A stretch of DNA of 64,000 bases from an uncultured delta proteobacterium (GTDB lineage Bacteria > Desulfobacterota > Desulfomonilia > UBA1062): NCBI GenBank assembly GCA_963785235.1, contig CAWAUM010000010.1:128001-192000 (forward strand), given 5' to 3'. Both the position numbers and the translations under genes were made by a program. Below the pieces are notes generated by a model. It made no database searches and had not been told where the DNA came from. It saw only the letters and a list, made by a program, of their open reading frames with translations. Below are positions 9,793-19,848 of this stretch, in pieces (position 1 is the first letter of the stretch; each line of letters starts with the position of its first letter).

Positions 9793-10329
9793 TCAATCTA
9801 GAGAAGCTGCCAGTAATGCTTCCAGATCCGCATGATCACCTGCAAACATGTTGCGGTGCTGGAAAATGAGTTCATTGCCGGGGCCCAGGACAAAGACTCC
9901 TCCCTGCTGCCAGAGATCGCCGTCCGTGCGTCCCTGTCGGAAACCATTTTTCATGGCCCGGATGCCTTGGATCAAGGATGCAGGGCCCAGTGTTTTCAAG
10001 AGACCGCGTTGAAGCCTGAAGGCCCTGTACGCACTGAGGTCCTGGTTCACATACATCTCGCCGGTAAAATGGAGCTTTTTGACGAAATGCACCGCACCAC
10101 CGGGACTGCCGCTCCCGATGGCTACCAATGCTATTCCGGCCCCCTCCAGTTTTCCCTTGATACCCATGAGGGCAGCAGCCTGCTGCCGTGCAAACATTCA
10201 GCCGAAATGGCGGAGGAAGGCAAGCACGATGCGCCTCTCCTCCCACAGTGACTCGAGGGCTACTTCCCTTTCCTTAAGAGACTGCACCGTTACACCTGCG
10301 ACAAGTGGCTTCAGTTCCTCATACGTCAT
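9793..10329 (-). CDS. Peroxiredoxin-like (AhpC/TSA-2, SelU/PRXL2-type) selenoprotein, 178 aa, Sec at codon 44
   Basis: AGGAGG RBS + ATG 10329; 43 codons ending ...IVLAFLRHFG, in-frame TGA (10200-10198) at the catalytic Cys position, then MFARQQ...WQQGGVFVLGPG. Confidence 0.85.
10166..10197 (-). promoter_or_regulatory. Putative bacterial SECIS element
   Basis: 10 nt after UGA: stem GGCAGC / GCUGCC with G-containing loop AGGCU; possible lower AUG/CAU pairing. Confidence 0.65.
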
Positions 10330-10519
10330 TTACCCCTCCTGTATCCCGTATATCTTATAAAGTGGATGTCTCCTTTTGCAAGCCACACCTGGCAATGCTC
10401 TTTAAATAAATGACACCGAAGTTGCTTTTTGCATATATCGCATTATTAATAAAGAATCCCAAAATATAATTCCTTGAAACTGCTCCTGAGACCAAGACCC
10501 AACCTGAGGAGGACAAAAG

Positions 10520-11035
10520 ATGAGAACAGTATGCCTGTCCCTAGCTTTGGCAATACTCATGACAGCCCAGACTCAGATTGTCTATTCCAGACCCTTGATG
10601 AGGTCAGCCAGCACAGCAGAGCTGATCATCTACCTGCAGCCGAATCTTGACCCGGAAATTGCCGCTATCCATGCAAAGTACATTGATAAATTTGCAAGCA
10701 AATGGAAGGTGGACCGGCTGAAGGTGATCAGCATAACCCACCAGGAATCGAAGTTCAGGCCCGATGCGCAAAGTTCCGTAGGCTGCATAGGCGCAATGCA
10801 GGTGAATCCGAGGGCTCACCAGGACAAATTGAAAAGGAGGGGAATTACCTGGCGTGACCTGTATTTCTTAAGGAACAACTATGATATCGGCTCGGAAATA
10901 TTGCATGACTGCCTGAAGTCATCACGAACCTTTGATGAGGCCCTGAAAAAATATAGCGGTGGGAGCAGGAAATACACAAAAGAGGTGAAAAAGATCTATG
11001 GAATGCTCTATCGATGCGGGCTCATGACAAGCTGA
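10520..11035 (+). CDS. Lytic transglycosylase (SLT domain), secreted
   Basis: Signal peptide; catalytic QES motif, GAMQV, ALKKYSGG. Confidence 0.85.
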   Translation: MRTVCLSLALAILMTAQTQIVYSRPLMRSASTAELIIYLQPNLDPEIAAIHAKYIDKFASKWKVDRLKVISITHQESKFRPDAQSSVGCIGAMQVNPRAHQDKLKRRGITWRDLYFLRNNYDIGSEILHDCLKSSRTFDEALKKYSGGSRKYTKEVKKIYGMLYRCGLMTS

Positions 11036-11200
11036 TGTCCCGGACAAAAAGGGGGGTCGTTTGAAATTTGTTCCTGCACCTGAACCATGTATATCTTTCA
11101 CCTCTATCATGCTGGGCATCCAGTCCGAATCGTTTGCAGGATTTTCTATGTAGCTGAACACTTTCCTTACAGGCGCTTTGATTTATTGAAATTAGTGCAG

Positions 11201-11218
11201 ACTTGACTCTAGTCAAGT
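11201..11218. promoter_or_regulatory. Crp/Fnr-family (HcpR-like) binding site upstream of hcp
   Basis: Palindrome ACTTGAC-TCTA-GTCAAGT (TTGAC-N4-GTCAA), about 55 nt before the hcp ATG. Confidence 0.7.
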
Positions 11219-11271
11219 ACAAACTACTTATATCACTGTTATCTGCAAGGTCATCATAAAAACCAAGGAGG

Positions 11272-12915
11272 ATGAACTCAATGTTCTGTTTTCAGTGCCA
11301 GGAAACGGCTAAAAATCAGGGATGCACCGTAAGGGGTGTATGTGGAAAAACCGAAGAAACTGCGAATCTCATGGACCTGCTTATCCATGTGCTCAAGGGG
11401 ATTTCGCTGTATGGTGAAAAGGCTGCAGCCAAAGGGTCGTTGGATCTTACCACCGGCAGGTTCCTCCTGGATGCCCTCTTTATTACGCTCACCAATACCA
11501 ACTTCGATCCCGCACGGATATCAGCCCTTATCCGTGAAGCGCTTAAAATCAGGGATGATCTGAAGGCCAAGGCCGGGGATGCCGCCAAGGACATCAAGCA
11601 TGACAGCGCACTGTGGCATGGCCGAAGTGACAGCGAGTTCCAGGCCAAGGCCAAGGACGTGGGTGTGCTCTCGACAACGAATGAGGATGTCAGGTCTCTG
11701 CGCGAACTGCTGATCTACGGGCTAAAAGGCATTGCAGCCTATGCCCACCATGCCCTGGTGCTGGGCTTCGAGGATGAGGACATCTACCTGTTCATCGTAG
11801 AGGCGCTGGCTGCCACGACCAAGGACAAGAGCGCCGACGAACTCGTCGGCCTGGTCATGAAGGCCGGAGAGATCGCGGTCAAGACCATGGCCCTTCTGGA
11901 CAAGGCCAATACAAGCGTCTATGGTTCACCCGAGATCACCAAGGTTAATCTAGGCGTCAAGGGTAATCCGGGCATTCTTATCTCCGGGCACGACCTGAAA
12001 GACCTAGAAGAGCTCATGGAACAGACCAAGGGTTCCGGTGTGGATGTGTATACGCACGGAGAGATGCTGCCGGCCCATTCCTATCCGTTCTTCAAGAAGT
12101 ATGACAACCTTGTTGGCAACTACGGCGGCTCTTGGTGGCACCAGCGTGAGGAGTTCGAGGCATTTGGCGGCCCCATCCTCATGACCACAAACTGCATCGT
12201 ATCGGTCAAGGAAACCTACCAGGACCGAATCTTCACCACCGGCACAGCAGGTTTCCCCGGCGTGAAGCACATAGCTGACCGCACAAACTCCAAGGCCAAG
12301 GACTTTTCAGAAATCATCAAACTCGCCAAGACAAGCCCGGCACCCAAGCAGATCGAGACCGGAGAGATAGTTGGCGGATTTGCCCATAATCAGGTATTGG
12401 CACTGGCAGACAAGGTAGTGGATGCAGTCAAGTCCGGCGCCATCAAACGTTTTGTTGTCATGGCAGGCTGTGACGGGCGTCACAAGGAACGGGATTATTT
12501 CACCAAGGTGGCTGAAAACCTGCCCAAGGATGCGGTGATCCTTACCGCCGGCTGCGCCAAATACCGCTACAACAAACTTGCATTGGGCGATATCGGAGGC
12601 ATCCCCAGGGTTCTCGATGCAGGCCAGTGCAACGACTCCTACTCCCTGGCAGTCATAGCGCTGAAGCTCAAAGAGGTTTTCGGCCTGGACGATATCAACA
12701 AGCTCCCCATATCCTTCGACATTGCATGGTACGAACAGAAGGCCGTAGCCGTTCTCCTTGCATTGCTCTCGCTCGGGGTAAAGGGTATCCGGCTTGGACC
12801 TACGCTCCCCGGATTCCTTTCGCCTAACGTAGTGAAGGTGCTGGTGGAGAAATTCAATATCAAACCCACTGCTGCACCCGAGCAGGACGTAGCGGCCATG
12901 ATGTCAGCCAATTAA
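11272..12915 (+). CDS. hcp: Hydroxylamine reductase (hybrid cluster protein)
   Basis: [50 protein letters not shown]. Confidence 0.97.
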   Translation: MNSMFCFQCQETAKNQGCTVRGVCGKTEETANLMDLLIHVLKGISLYGEKAAAKGSLDLTTGRFLLDALFITLTNTNFDPARISALIREALKIRDDLKAKAGDAAKDIKHDSALWHGRSDSEFQAKAKDVGVLSTTNEDVRSLRELLIYGLKGIAAYAHHALVLGFEDEDIYLFIVEALAATTKDKSADELVGLVMKAGEIAVKTMALLDKANTSVYGSPEITKVNLGVKGNPGILISGHDLKDLEELMEQTKGSGVDVYTHGEMLPAHSYPFFKKYDNLVGNYGGSWWHQREEFEAFGGPILMTTNCIVSVKETYQDRIFTTGTAGFPGVKHIADRTNSKAKDFSEIIKLAKTSPAPKQIETGEIVGGFAHNQVLALADKVVDAVKSGAIKRFVVMAGCDGRHKERDYFTKVAENLPKDAVILTAGCAKYRYNKLALGDIGGIPRVLDAGQCNDSYSLAVIALKLKEVFGLDDINKLPISFDIAWYEQKAVAVLLALLSLGVKGIRLGPTLPGFLSPNVVKVLVEKFNIKPTAAPEQDVAAMMSAN

Positions 12916-12924
12916 GATTATTTA

Positions 12925-12951
12925 AGGGCGGGCCCTGCCTGGGTCCGCCCT
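12925..12951 (+). terminator. GC-rich hairpin after hcp
   Basis: AGGGCGGGCCC-TGCCT-GGGTCCGCCCT; no clear U-tract. Confidence 0.45.
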
Positions 12952-13034
12952 CCCCCGTCAATCAAGTGATACTTGACTTTGACTTTTTTGTCCTTATTAA
13001 CTAAGTCCGAATGATAACCGTAGGGAGGAGTATT

Positions 13035-13562
13035 ATGAAACAATCGATTATTCTTGGCGTAGTTATCCTTTTCTCTTTTACCCTGCAGGCACCTGTCCAT
13101 GCCGCTGCGAACAACTTCTATGCAGGTATTCAGCTGGGGCAGGAGTTCCTGACGGACAATGACGACAACAACCTGGATGATGCCTTTGCATTCGGTGTGT
13201 ATGGGGGCTACCGTTTTGACAGGCAGTTGGCCCTTGAGGCCAACCTCACCACGGCGAGCCATGACGGTGGCCACAATTCCGAGCTCAATGTCACCTCACT
13301 GCTCTTCGGGCCGCGCCTGACCGGGCAGATCAACCCGAATATGAATGTATATGGAGGTGTGGGGCTAGGGATCTATTTCCTTGATTACGAGTGGGGCCCC
13401 TATGATGACTCGGAAACCGAATCGGGAATGTATCTTGGAGGAGGCATGGAGTTCCCCTTGCAGAATAACATCAAGCTCGGCATTGATTTCAAGTACCACC
13501 TCATATTCAATGACGATATTGACACAGACCTCATGACATTGCTCTTTCGTGTGGGCTTCTGA
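13035..13562 (+). CDS. Outer-membrane 8-stranded beta-barrel (OmpA-like transmembrane domain)
   Basis: GGAGGAG RBS, signal peptide, GVYGGYRF, alternating beta strands, C-terminal Phe. Confidence 0.85.
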   Translation: MKQSIILGVVILFSFTLQAPVHAAANNFYAGIQLGQEFLTDNDDNNLDDAFAFGVYGGYRFDRQLALEANLTTASHDGGHNSELNVTSLLFGPRLTGQINPNMNVYGGVGLGIYFLDYEWGPYDDSETESGMYLGGGMEFPLQNNIKLGIDFKYHLIFNDDIDTDLMTLLFRVGF

Positions 13563-13616
13563 TCGGTTCTATCATTCGGATAGACAAGATAACTCGACTT
13601 GATGATAACATGATTA

Positions 13617-13653
13617 CATGAGGGGGGCAAACCTGCAGGTTACCCCCCTCATG
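13617..13653. terminator. Hairpin between convergent genes (likely bidirectional terminator)
   Basis: CATGAGGGGGG ... CCCCCCTCATG inverted repeat. Confidence 0.6.
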
Positions 13654-13656
13654 TGA

Positions 13657-14022
13657 CTATTTTTTTTCAACTGCCTTCCTGCTTATGGATATCATGAAAA
13701 ACGGCAAGTGCTCATTGATTATGTCCGAGTTGCCGGTCTCTTCACACCAGGAATAGGCATCCTCAATGGTAATAGACCTGATATATGATCCGCCGAACCA
13801 TGCCTCCACACCCGGCAGTTCATGGAACCCTGAGTTCAGGCCGCCCTCGTAGATAATGAAGTATTCCCCATTTTCATTAATGAAAAGTGTCTCTGAGTCG
13901 TTCCTCATGCTGCCCATATAATCTGCACTGTTCCACTGGGCCAGCTTGGTGGCTTTGTCCGGGTTCAGCTCCTTTTCGATAAGTCTCTGCTCGGCCTTTT
14001 CATAAAGGATATCTTTGATCAT
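13657..14022 (-). CDS. Hypothetical protein (last gene of the RND operon)
   Basis: 121-aa ORF starting 2 nt after the PII-like gene. Confidence 0.7.
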   Translation of the reverse strand: MIKDILYEKAEQRLIEKELNPDKATKLAQWNSADYMGSMRNDSETLFINENGEYFIIYEGGLNSGFHELPGVEAWFGGSYIRSITIEDAYSWCEETGNSDIINEHLPFFMISISRKAVEKK

Positions 14023-14024
14023 GC

Positions 14025-14315
14025 TTATATGATCTCCTCCATGGGCATAATGAATGCCTTCACGCCCGCACGGGGGTGATCCAGCTTGAGTTCCCTGATG
14101 AGCTCTACAATGGCGGGCAGTTCATCTTCTTCCAGGGCCAGGAAGAGCACACAGTTCTCGCCGGGCCAGATGTGGGTATGGAGCTTGGGCTCGGTCTCTA
14201 CACCCTCGCCGCTGGCATTCTCCATCTTGGTATAGCCCTTGACACCTGCCTGTTTGATCGCAGCAATCACATCATAATCCGCTGCCTGAGAGTACACGAT
14301 AAATACCATTTTCAT
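14025..14315 (-). CDS. PII-like (PG0541-type) transporter-associated protein
   Basis: GVKGYTK..GEG...EPKL.THIWPGEN, VKAFIMPMEE; directly after the RND permease. Confidence 0.8.
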   Translation of the reverse strand: MKMVFIVYSQAADYDVIAAIKQAGVKGYTKMENASGEGVETEPKLHTHIWPGENCVLFLALEEDELPAIVELIRELKLDHPRAGVKAFIMPMEEII

Positions 14316-14359
14316 AGTGTTTCTCCCCTTTCATAACCCTCTTAAAGTCCTTCTGTGGG

Positions 14360-17300
14360 TTATGCTGCTTCCTTCCAGATCTTGCGTTTCAGCCTCTGCT
14401 TCCAGTCATCAAACAGGTCATAGGCCGCAGGCACCACGGCCAATGTCAGGAACAAAGAGGTCAGGAGACCTCCGATCACGATTACCCCCATGGGGGATCT
14501 GATATCCGAGCCCTCGCCGATACCCAGCGCAACCGGCAGCATGCCGAAGATCATGGCAAAGGTTGTCATGAGGATGGGGCGGAGCCTTACCGGTCCTGCC
14601 TGGAGGATGGCCTCGCGCCGAGACAGGCCTCTCTCTCGAAGGGTGTTCGTGTAGTCCACCAGCAGAATGGAATTTTTCTTGACCATGCCCATGAGCAGGA
14701 TGAGACCGATAAAGCTTACAATGCTGATAGTCTTCCCGGTAATGAGCAGTGCGCCGAAAGCCCCTATGAACGACAGCGGCATGGCCAGCAGAACCGTGAT
14801 GGGATGCAGGAAGCTCTCAAACTGAGATGCCAGGACCATGTAGGCCAGAATGATGCCCAGTATGAGGGCGATCACGAGGTATTTGAAGGATTCCGCCATG
14901 GTCTCGGCCTGACCGACATAGGCAGTATTGTAACCAGGAGGCAGGATCTTGGCCGAGATGGTGTCCAGAGTCCCCATGGCCTCGGCCAGGGGCTTGTTCT
15001 CCAGGTTTGCAAATACCCAGATGGAACGCTGACGGTTATAGCGGCTGATACTGGTTGGCCCTCCCCCTTCAACGATGCGCACGATTGTGGAGAGCTCCAC
15101 CATCTTGCCATCCTTTGCACGCACATAAATCCGGCCGAGGTCTTCAGGGTTTTTCCGGTCCCCGGGATTCAACCGCATCCTTACGTCATAGCGGCGCGAT
15201 CTGGTCTCGTCCTTGAATTTGGTAATCTCCACTTCTCCGCTTATGAGAAGGTTCACTGCCTCGGCTATTGTGGTTACGCTCACGCCCATATCTGCCGCCT
15301 TGTCGCGATCGATGTACACCTTCAATTCGGGCTTGCCCGATTCAAAGGATGTGTCCACGTCCACAATACCCGGTATCTTGGCAAGCTCTTTCATGACCTG
15401 TTTCGTATACTTCTGCAGATTTTCAAAGTCCCCGCTGCTGATGGTATACTGGATGGGCACTTCCCTGAGCCCGCCGCCCAACATGGAGACCATCTCGGTA
15501 GTCGCCTTCAGACCGGGGATGACAACCAGGCTCTTACGCAGCTCGGCCATAATCGCATGCTGTTTCTTGTCCCTTTGGTTCCTGGGCACCAGCCGGGTAA
15601 AGACTATGGCCTTGTTGACCTGGCCTGATCCGCCCTGTCCAAGCCCTTGCGCAAAAAAGGCCCCTATTACTTCAGGTCTTTCACGGACGATTTTATCAGC
15701 CTGCATGAACATGGCATTGGCCTGGCTGAAGGAATAATCAATGGGTGCTTCCAGCCTTACGATAAACTGTGCCTGGTCCTCGGGCGGCACGAATTCCTTG
15801 CCGATGAACTTGACCATGTACATGCTGAAGATGAACAGGATCAGTGTCCCGATAAGCACCAGCCCCCTATGATCGATGGAATAGGCCAGTATAGGCCGAT
15901 AAGCCGACTCTATCTTTTTATACCACCGCTCAAGGGCATCACCTATCCGTTTCAGAATCCCGTTCGTGTTTTTCTCATGCTCATGTTTCGGCTTGAGGAA
16001 GATGGAGGCGAGCATGGGTGTCAGGGTGAGTGATACCAGCAGGGACACCCCTACGGCGAAAACGACTGTCAGGGCGAACTGCATGAAGAACCTGCCGATG
16101 ATGCCTTTCATGAAGGCCACGGGCAGAAAGATGACTGCAATGGCAAGTGTCGTAGCCATAACGGCCAGGCCGATCTCCGCTGTGGCGAACGATGCGGCCT
16201 CCCGTGGCGCCATGCCATCTTCGATGTGGCGATAGATATTCTCGATGACTATGATGGCGTCATCGATGAGTATGCCGACGGACAGGGTGAGTGCCAGCAT
16301 GGTCAGGTTGTTGAAGGTGAAATTGAAGGCCCTGATCAGGGCGAAGGTTGCTATGATGGATACGGGTAATGCCACGGCACTGATGAGGGTGGTGCGTATA
16401 TTTCGCAAGAATATGAAGACCGCTATAACGGCAAGAATGGAGCCCATGATGAGGTGATGCTGCACCTGCCTCATGGAATCCTGGATGAATACGGACTGAT
16501 CGAATGCCGTATTGATCTTCATGCCCGGCGGCAGGGTCTTGTTGATGCGGTCAAGTTCCTTCTTTACCCGGTTGATGACCTCCACCGTATTGGTACCGGT
16601 CTGTTTGCGGATACCGATGCCCACCGAAGGCAGTCCATTGAACTGGGTGTAGGTGCGAAGCTCTTCAACCCCGTCTTCCGCGCGGCCGATGTCTCTGATC
16701 CTCACCGGGTTACCCTGAAAAGAAGTTACCACAAGGTCATTAAACTCTGAGGCGCTTTTGAGATTGCCCTTCACCTTGACTGAATATTCTTTTGTCTCAC
16801 TCTCAATCCGGCCGCCCGGTAACTCGATGTTCTCCATACCAAGGACTGCAGCAACCTCACCCGGGCCGATACTGTAGGCCCTGAGCTTGGCCAGGTCGAG
16901 CCAGATGCGTATCTGCCTTTTCTGCATGCCGCCAAGGGAGAGCGAACCTACACCATCGATGCGCTGGAGCTGCTCCTTGAGGATTTCATCCACATAGGTG
17001 GAAAGCTCCGGAATGGACTTTTCACCGGTGAGATTCAGCCACATGACGGGCACGGAATCCGGGTTCACCTTCTGGATCACCGGTTCGTCGATGTCTTTGG
17101 GCAGGTTTCTGCGTACCGCGGCGATCTGTTCCCTTACATCCTGGATTGCCAGGTCTATGTCACGCTCCAGCTTGAACTCCACAATGATGTTGGAGAACCC
17201 TTCCGAGCTTGTGGAGGTGATGGTCTTGACTCCATTGATGGTGTTGACCGCCTCTTCGATGCGGTCGGTTACGTCTATGTCAACGACCTCAGGGCTGGCG

Positions 17301-17458
17301 CCCTTCAGGACCGTGGAGACGCTCACAATGGGGAAGTCCACCTTGGGAAACAGATCGACGCCGATTTCCGGATAGCTAACTATACCAAAGACAACCAGTG
17401 CCATGATTACCATGGTCGCAAAGACAGGCCGCTTGATGGAGGTATCAGAAATCCACAT
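14360..17458 (-). CDS. RND efflux permease (AcrB/AcrD/AcrF family)
   Basis: 1032 aa; IKRPVFA, GILIDDAIIVIENI, KKNSILLVDY, RLRPILMTT. Confidence 0.97.
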   Translation of the reverse strand: MWISDTSIKRPVFATMVIMALVVFGIVSYPEIGVDLFPKVDFPIVSVSTVLKGASPEVVDIDVTDRIEEAVNTINGVKTITSTSSEGFSNIIVEFKLERDIDLAIQDVREQIAAVRRNLPKDIDEPVIQKVNPDSVPVMWLNLTGEKSIPELSTYVDEILKEQLQRIDGVGSLSLGGMQKRQIRIWLDLAKLRAYSIGPGEVAAVLGMENIELPGGRIESETKEYSVKVKGNLKSASEFNDLVVTSFQGNPVRIRDIGRAEDGVEELRTYTQFNGLPSVGIGIRKQTGTNTVEVINRVKKELDRINKTLPPGMKINTAFDQSVFIQDSMRQVQHHLIMGSILAVIAVFIFLRNIRTTLISAVALPVSIIATFALIRAFNFTFNNLTMLALTLSVGILIDDAIIVIENIYRHIEDGMAPREAASFATAEIGLAVMATTLAIAVIFLPVAFMKGIIGRFFMQFALTVVFAVGVSLLVSLTLTPMLASIFLKPKHEHEKNTNGILKRIGDALERWYKKIESAYRPILAYSIDHRGLVLIGTLILFIFSMYMVKFIGKEFVPPEDQAQFIVRLEAPIDYSFSQANAMFMQADKIVRERPEVIGAFFAQGLGQGGSGQVNKAIVFTRLVPRNQRDKKQHAIMAELRKSLVVIPGLKATTEMVSMLGGGLREVPIQYTISSGDFENLQKYTKQVMKELAKIPGIVDVDTSFESGKPELKVYIDRDKAADMGVSVTTIAEAVNLLISGEVEITKFKDETRSRRYDVRMRLNPGDRKNPEDLGRIYVRAKDGKMVELSTIVRIVEGGGPTSISRYNRQRSIWVFANLENKPLAEAMGTLDTISAKILPPGYNTAYVGQAETMAESFKYLVIALILGIILAYMVLASQFESFLHPITVLLAMPLSFIGAFGALLITGKTISIVSFIGLILLMGMVKKNSILLVDYTNTLRERGLSRREAILQAGPVRLRPILMTTFAMIFGMLPVALGIGEGSDIRSPMGVIVIGGLLTSLFLTLAVVPAAYDLFDDWKQRLKRKIWKEAA

Positions 17459-17506
17459 GCCTCTTCATCCTTTCAGTACATAAAAAATCATTCACTTTTA
17501 AATCCG

Positions 17507-18640
17507 TTATTTCACCACACGTACATTGACCCCGTCGGTCAGGGTGTTCTGCCCGATTACAACCAGCTGCTCGCCTGCCTGTAGGCCTTCCACTATTTCC
17601 ATCATCTCGCCGTACTTCTTGCCGAGTTTCAGATACCGCTCGCGGGCCTTGTTATCTTCACTCAGGAAGACCCTGGTCTTGGTGCCCTCATACAGAAGCG
17701 ATGTGATGGGGATGAGAAGCGCCTCTTTGGGCGCCCCTGTATATACCGTTACCCTGGCAAAAAGGCCGGGTTTGAGCTCCTGGGACTTGTTGGGTATGAG
17801 GGCCTCGACCTTGAGCATGCGGCTGTGTTCATCGACGTTCGGATAGATGATATCCACCTTTCCCTTGAACTCCCTGCCCGGAAAGGCATCAACAAAAAAC
17901 ACTACATCCTGGCCCGCCTTCAGCGAACCAATGTCCTTATCCGTCACACTGAAGGTGCAGAACAGCGGGTCGATCTGGATGAGGCTCATGATGGGGCTGC
18001 CGGTCTTGGCAAACATGCCCGTGGTAACGCCCTTCAACTTGACCCAGCCGTTCAGCGGTGAACGGATGGTGACCCTGCTGAGCCGTTCCTTGGCTAGCCC
18101 AAGACCTGCCCTGGCACGCTGGGCATCCTGGGTGGCCAGATCAAGACGCGTAGAGGCGTTGTCGAATTCCTGCTTTGACACCCCTGATTGTTTAAATAGG
18201 GCATCCATGCGGTCGAACATGACCTTTGCATTGCTTAAGTTTGCCTGAGCCTGCCCCAGTGCCGCCTCGGCTGTCAGTACGGCGAGACGGTAATCGATGT
18301 CATTGATCTTTGCGAGCATCATCCCCTTTGTTACGGGGAAACCCTCCTCTACGGGAATCTCCTGGAGAATCCCGTCCACCTCGGGGCTTATAATAGCCTC
18401 ATCCCAGGGTTGAAGGTTGCCTATGGCTTCGATATATGGCCGTACAGTCTTCTTCTGTGTGGTGATCACCTTGATGTTGATAATCTTCTCAGCCTTGGCC
18501 TCTTCTTTTTTCTTCGTGCATCCTGAGCCCAGCAAGGTGGTGCAACAAAAAATAATAACGATCAGGAGCAGGCCTAACCATGACCCCTTAGGGCTCTGTA
18601 CAGGAGTTGCCCCCTCTGATGCTTTTCTTGCCATATTCAC
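17507..18640 (-). CDS. RND efflux periplasmic adaptor (membrane fusion protein)
   Basis: TM/lipobox GSGC, ISPEVDG, IRSPLNG, LKPGLFARV. Confidence 0.93.
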   Translation of the reverse strand: MNMARKASEGATPVQSPKGSWLGLLLIVIIFCCTTLLGSGCTKKKEEAKAEKIINIKVITTQKKTVRPYIEAIGNLQPWDEAIISPEVDGILQEIPVEEGFPVTKGMMLAKINDIDYRLAVLTAEAALGQAQANLSNAKVMFDRMDALFKQSGVSKQEFDNASTRLDLATQDAQRARAGLGLAKERLSRVTIRSPLNGWVKLKGVTTGMFAKTGSPIMSLIQIDPLFCTFSVTDKDIGSLKAGQDVVFFVDAFPGREFKGKVDIIYPNVDEHSRMLKVEALIPNKSQELKPGLFARVTVYTGAPKEALLIPITSLLYEGTKTRVFLSEDNKARERYLKLGKKYGEMMEIVEGLQAGEQLVVIGQNTLTDGVNVRVVK

Positions 18641-18687
18641 TCAACTCCCCCTTTCGCAATACCCATGCCTGATTACGTGATAATTAA

Positions 18688-19281
18688 TTACTGTTTCACC
18701 CTCAACCCTGCAAAAAAGATCCTCACCATGCTCTTGATCCCATCCAGAATACGTTCGCGCTGGTCGTAAAAGGCAAAGGTCTGGTCGCATCCGAACATTG
18801 AGGCAACCATAATGAGGGAAACAAGCTCTATGTCATCAAGAGGCTTGATCTCACCCTTTTCTATGCCCTCCCTGAGGATCCTCTCGATAAGCTCCTTTTG
18901 GGACTGCAGGTAGCTCTCTCTTTCCGTTTCAAAAACACCTGCCAGGGACCTGAACTCATTTATTATTTCTTTGTTGGCCCGCAATGCCCTGCTTGAAATA
19001 AACCGGTACCTGGCCTCTGAAAGCGCAAACATCTTTTCTTCAGCCGTATCAACAGCATCTATTGCATGCCTTAGGATATCAAGGAGCTGTTCACGATCAT
19101 TTCTAATGATCTCCCGGATAATTTCATTCTTATCCTTGAAGTAGTAATACAGGGATGATTTTGCCATGCCTGCCCTGCGGGCAATGTCGTCAAGGTTTGT
19201 CTTGTGTGGGCCGAGTTCAAGCAGCACATCGGATGCCGCCTGCAACAGAGTTTTCCTCTTTTCATCCTTGGAAAGGCTCAT
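18688..19281 (-). CDS. TetR/AcrR family transcriptional regulator
   Basis: HTH LDDIARRAGMAKSSLYYYFKDK; start could be 19305. Confidence 0.93.
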   Translation of the reverse strand: MSLSKDEKRKTLLQAASDVLLELGPHKTNLDDIARRAGMAKSSLYYYFKDKNEIIREIIRNDREQLLDILRHAIDAVDTAEEKMFALSEARYRFISSRALRANKEIINEFRSLAGVFETERESYLQSQKELIERILREGIEKGEIKPLDDIELVSLIMVASMFGCDQTFAFYDQRERILDGIKSMVRIFFAGLRVKQ

Positions 19282-19848
19282 GGGATCCTTCAAACTTTGG
19301 AACAATATATTTGAATATTCTATGCATATCTACTTTTTGCAAGTCAAATGAAATGTTGATCAACAGACCAATCATACTTTTCAATTGAATGGATGCGATA
19401 AGATATAATTTTTCCCGACAGACATTTGAAAGAATAACACTACATCTCATGCTAAAGTTGTCATGGACCTAATCTATATGCTCAATCCATTGGTTAACCA
19501 GCACTTTTCGTACACATGATTACAATTATTACCAGTTCCCTGACTAGTAAACCTCATAACATACTGATAATACATTGTCATATTTACTGGCATAGAGGTT
19601 GTAAGTTGTTTGGCTATGGTCAAACTGCTCAAAATTCTTCTGGCAAAATGTGATCCGCTTCATGATACGGCTTGCAGCATAATCAATACTTCCAGACTAA
19701 ATTCAGCACAATATCTCCTCCCTGGACCATATCCACCCTGAATTAAATTTTAACCGGGATTGAGGTATTCCGGACTCATAAGACATGGATTAAAGGGTTC
19801 CTATCATTAATAAAGCAAAAGCATTGATCCGCGAAGGAGTTAGAATTC

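Noticed and set aside
19588-19603. Possible sigma54 promoter TGGCAT-N5-TTGTA
   Set aside because: The -12 element lacks the conserved GC; insufficient support
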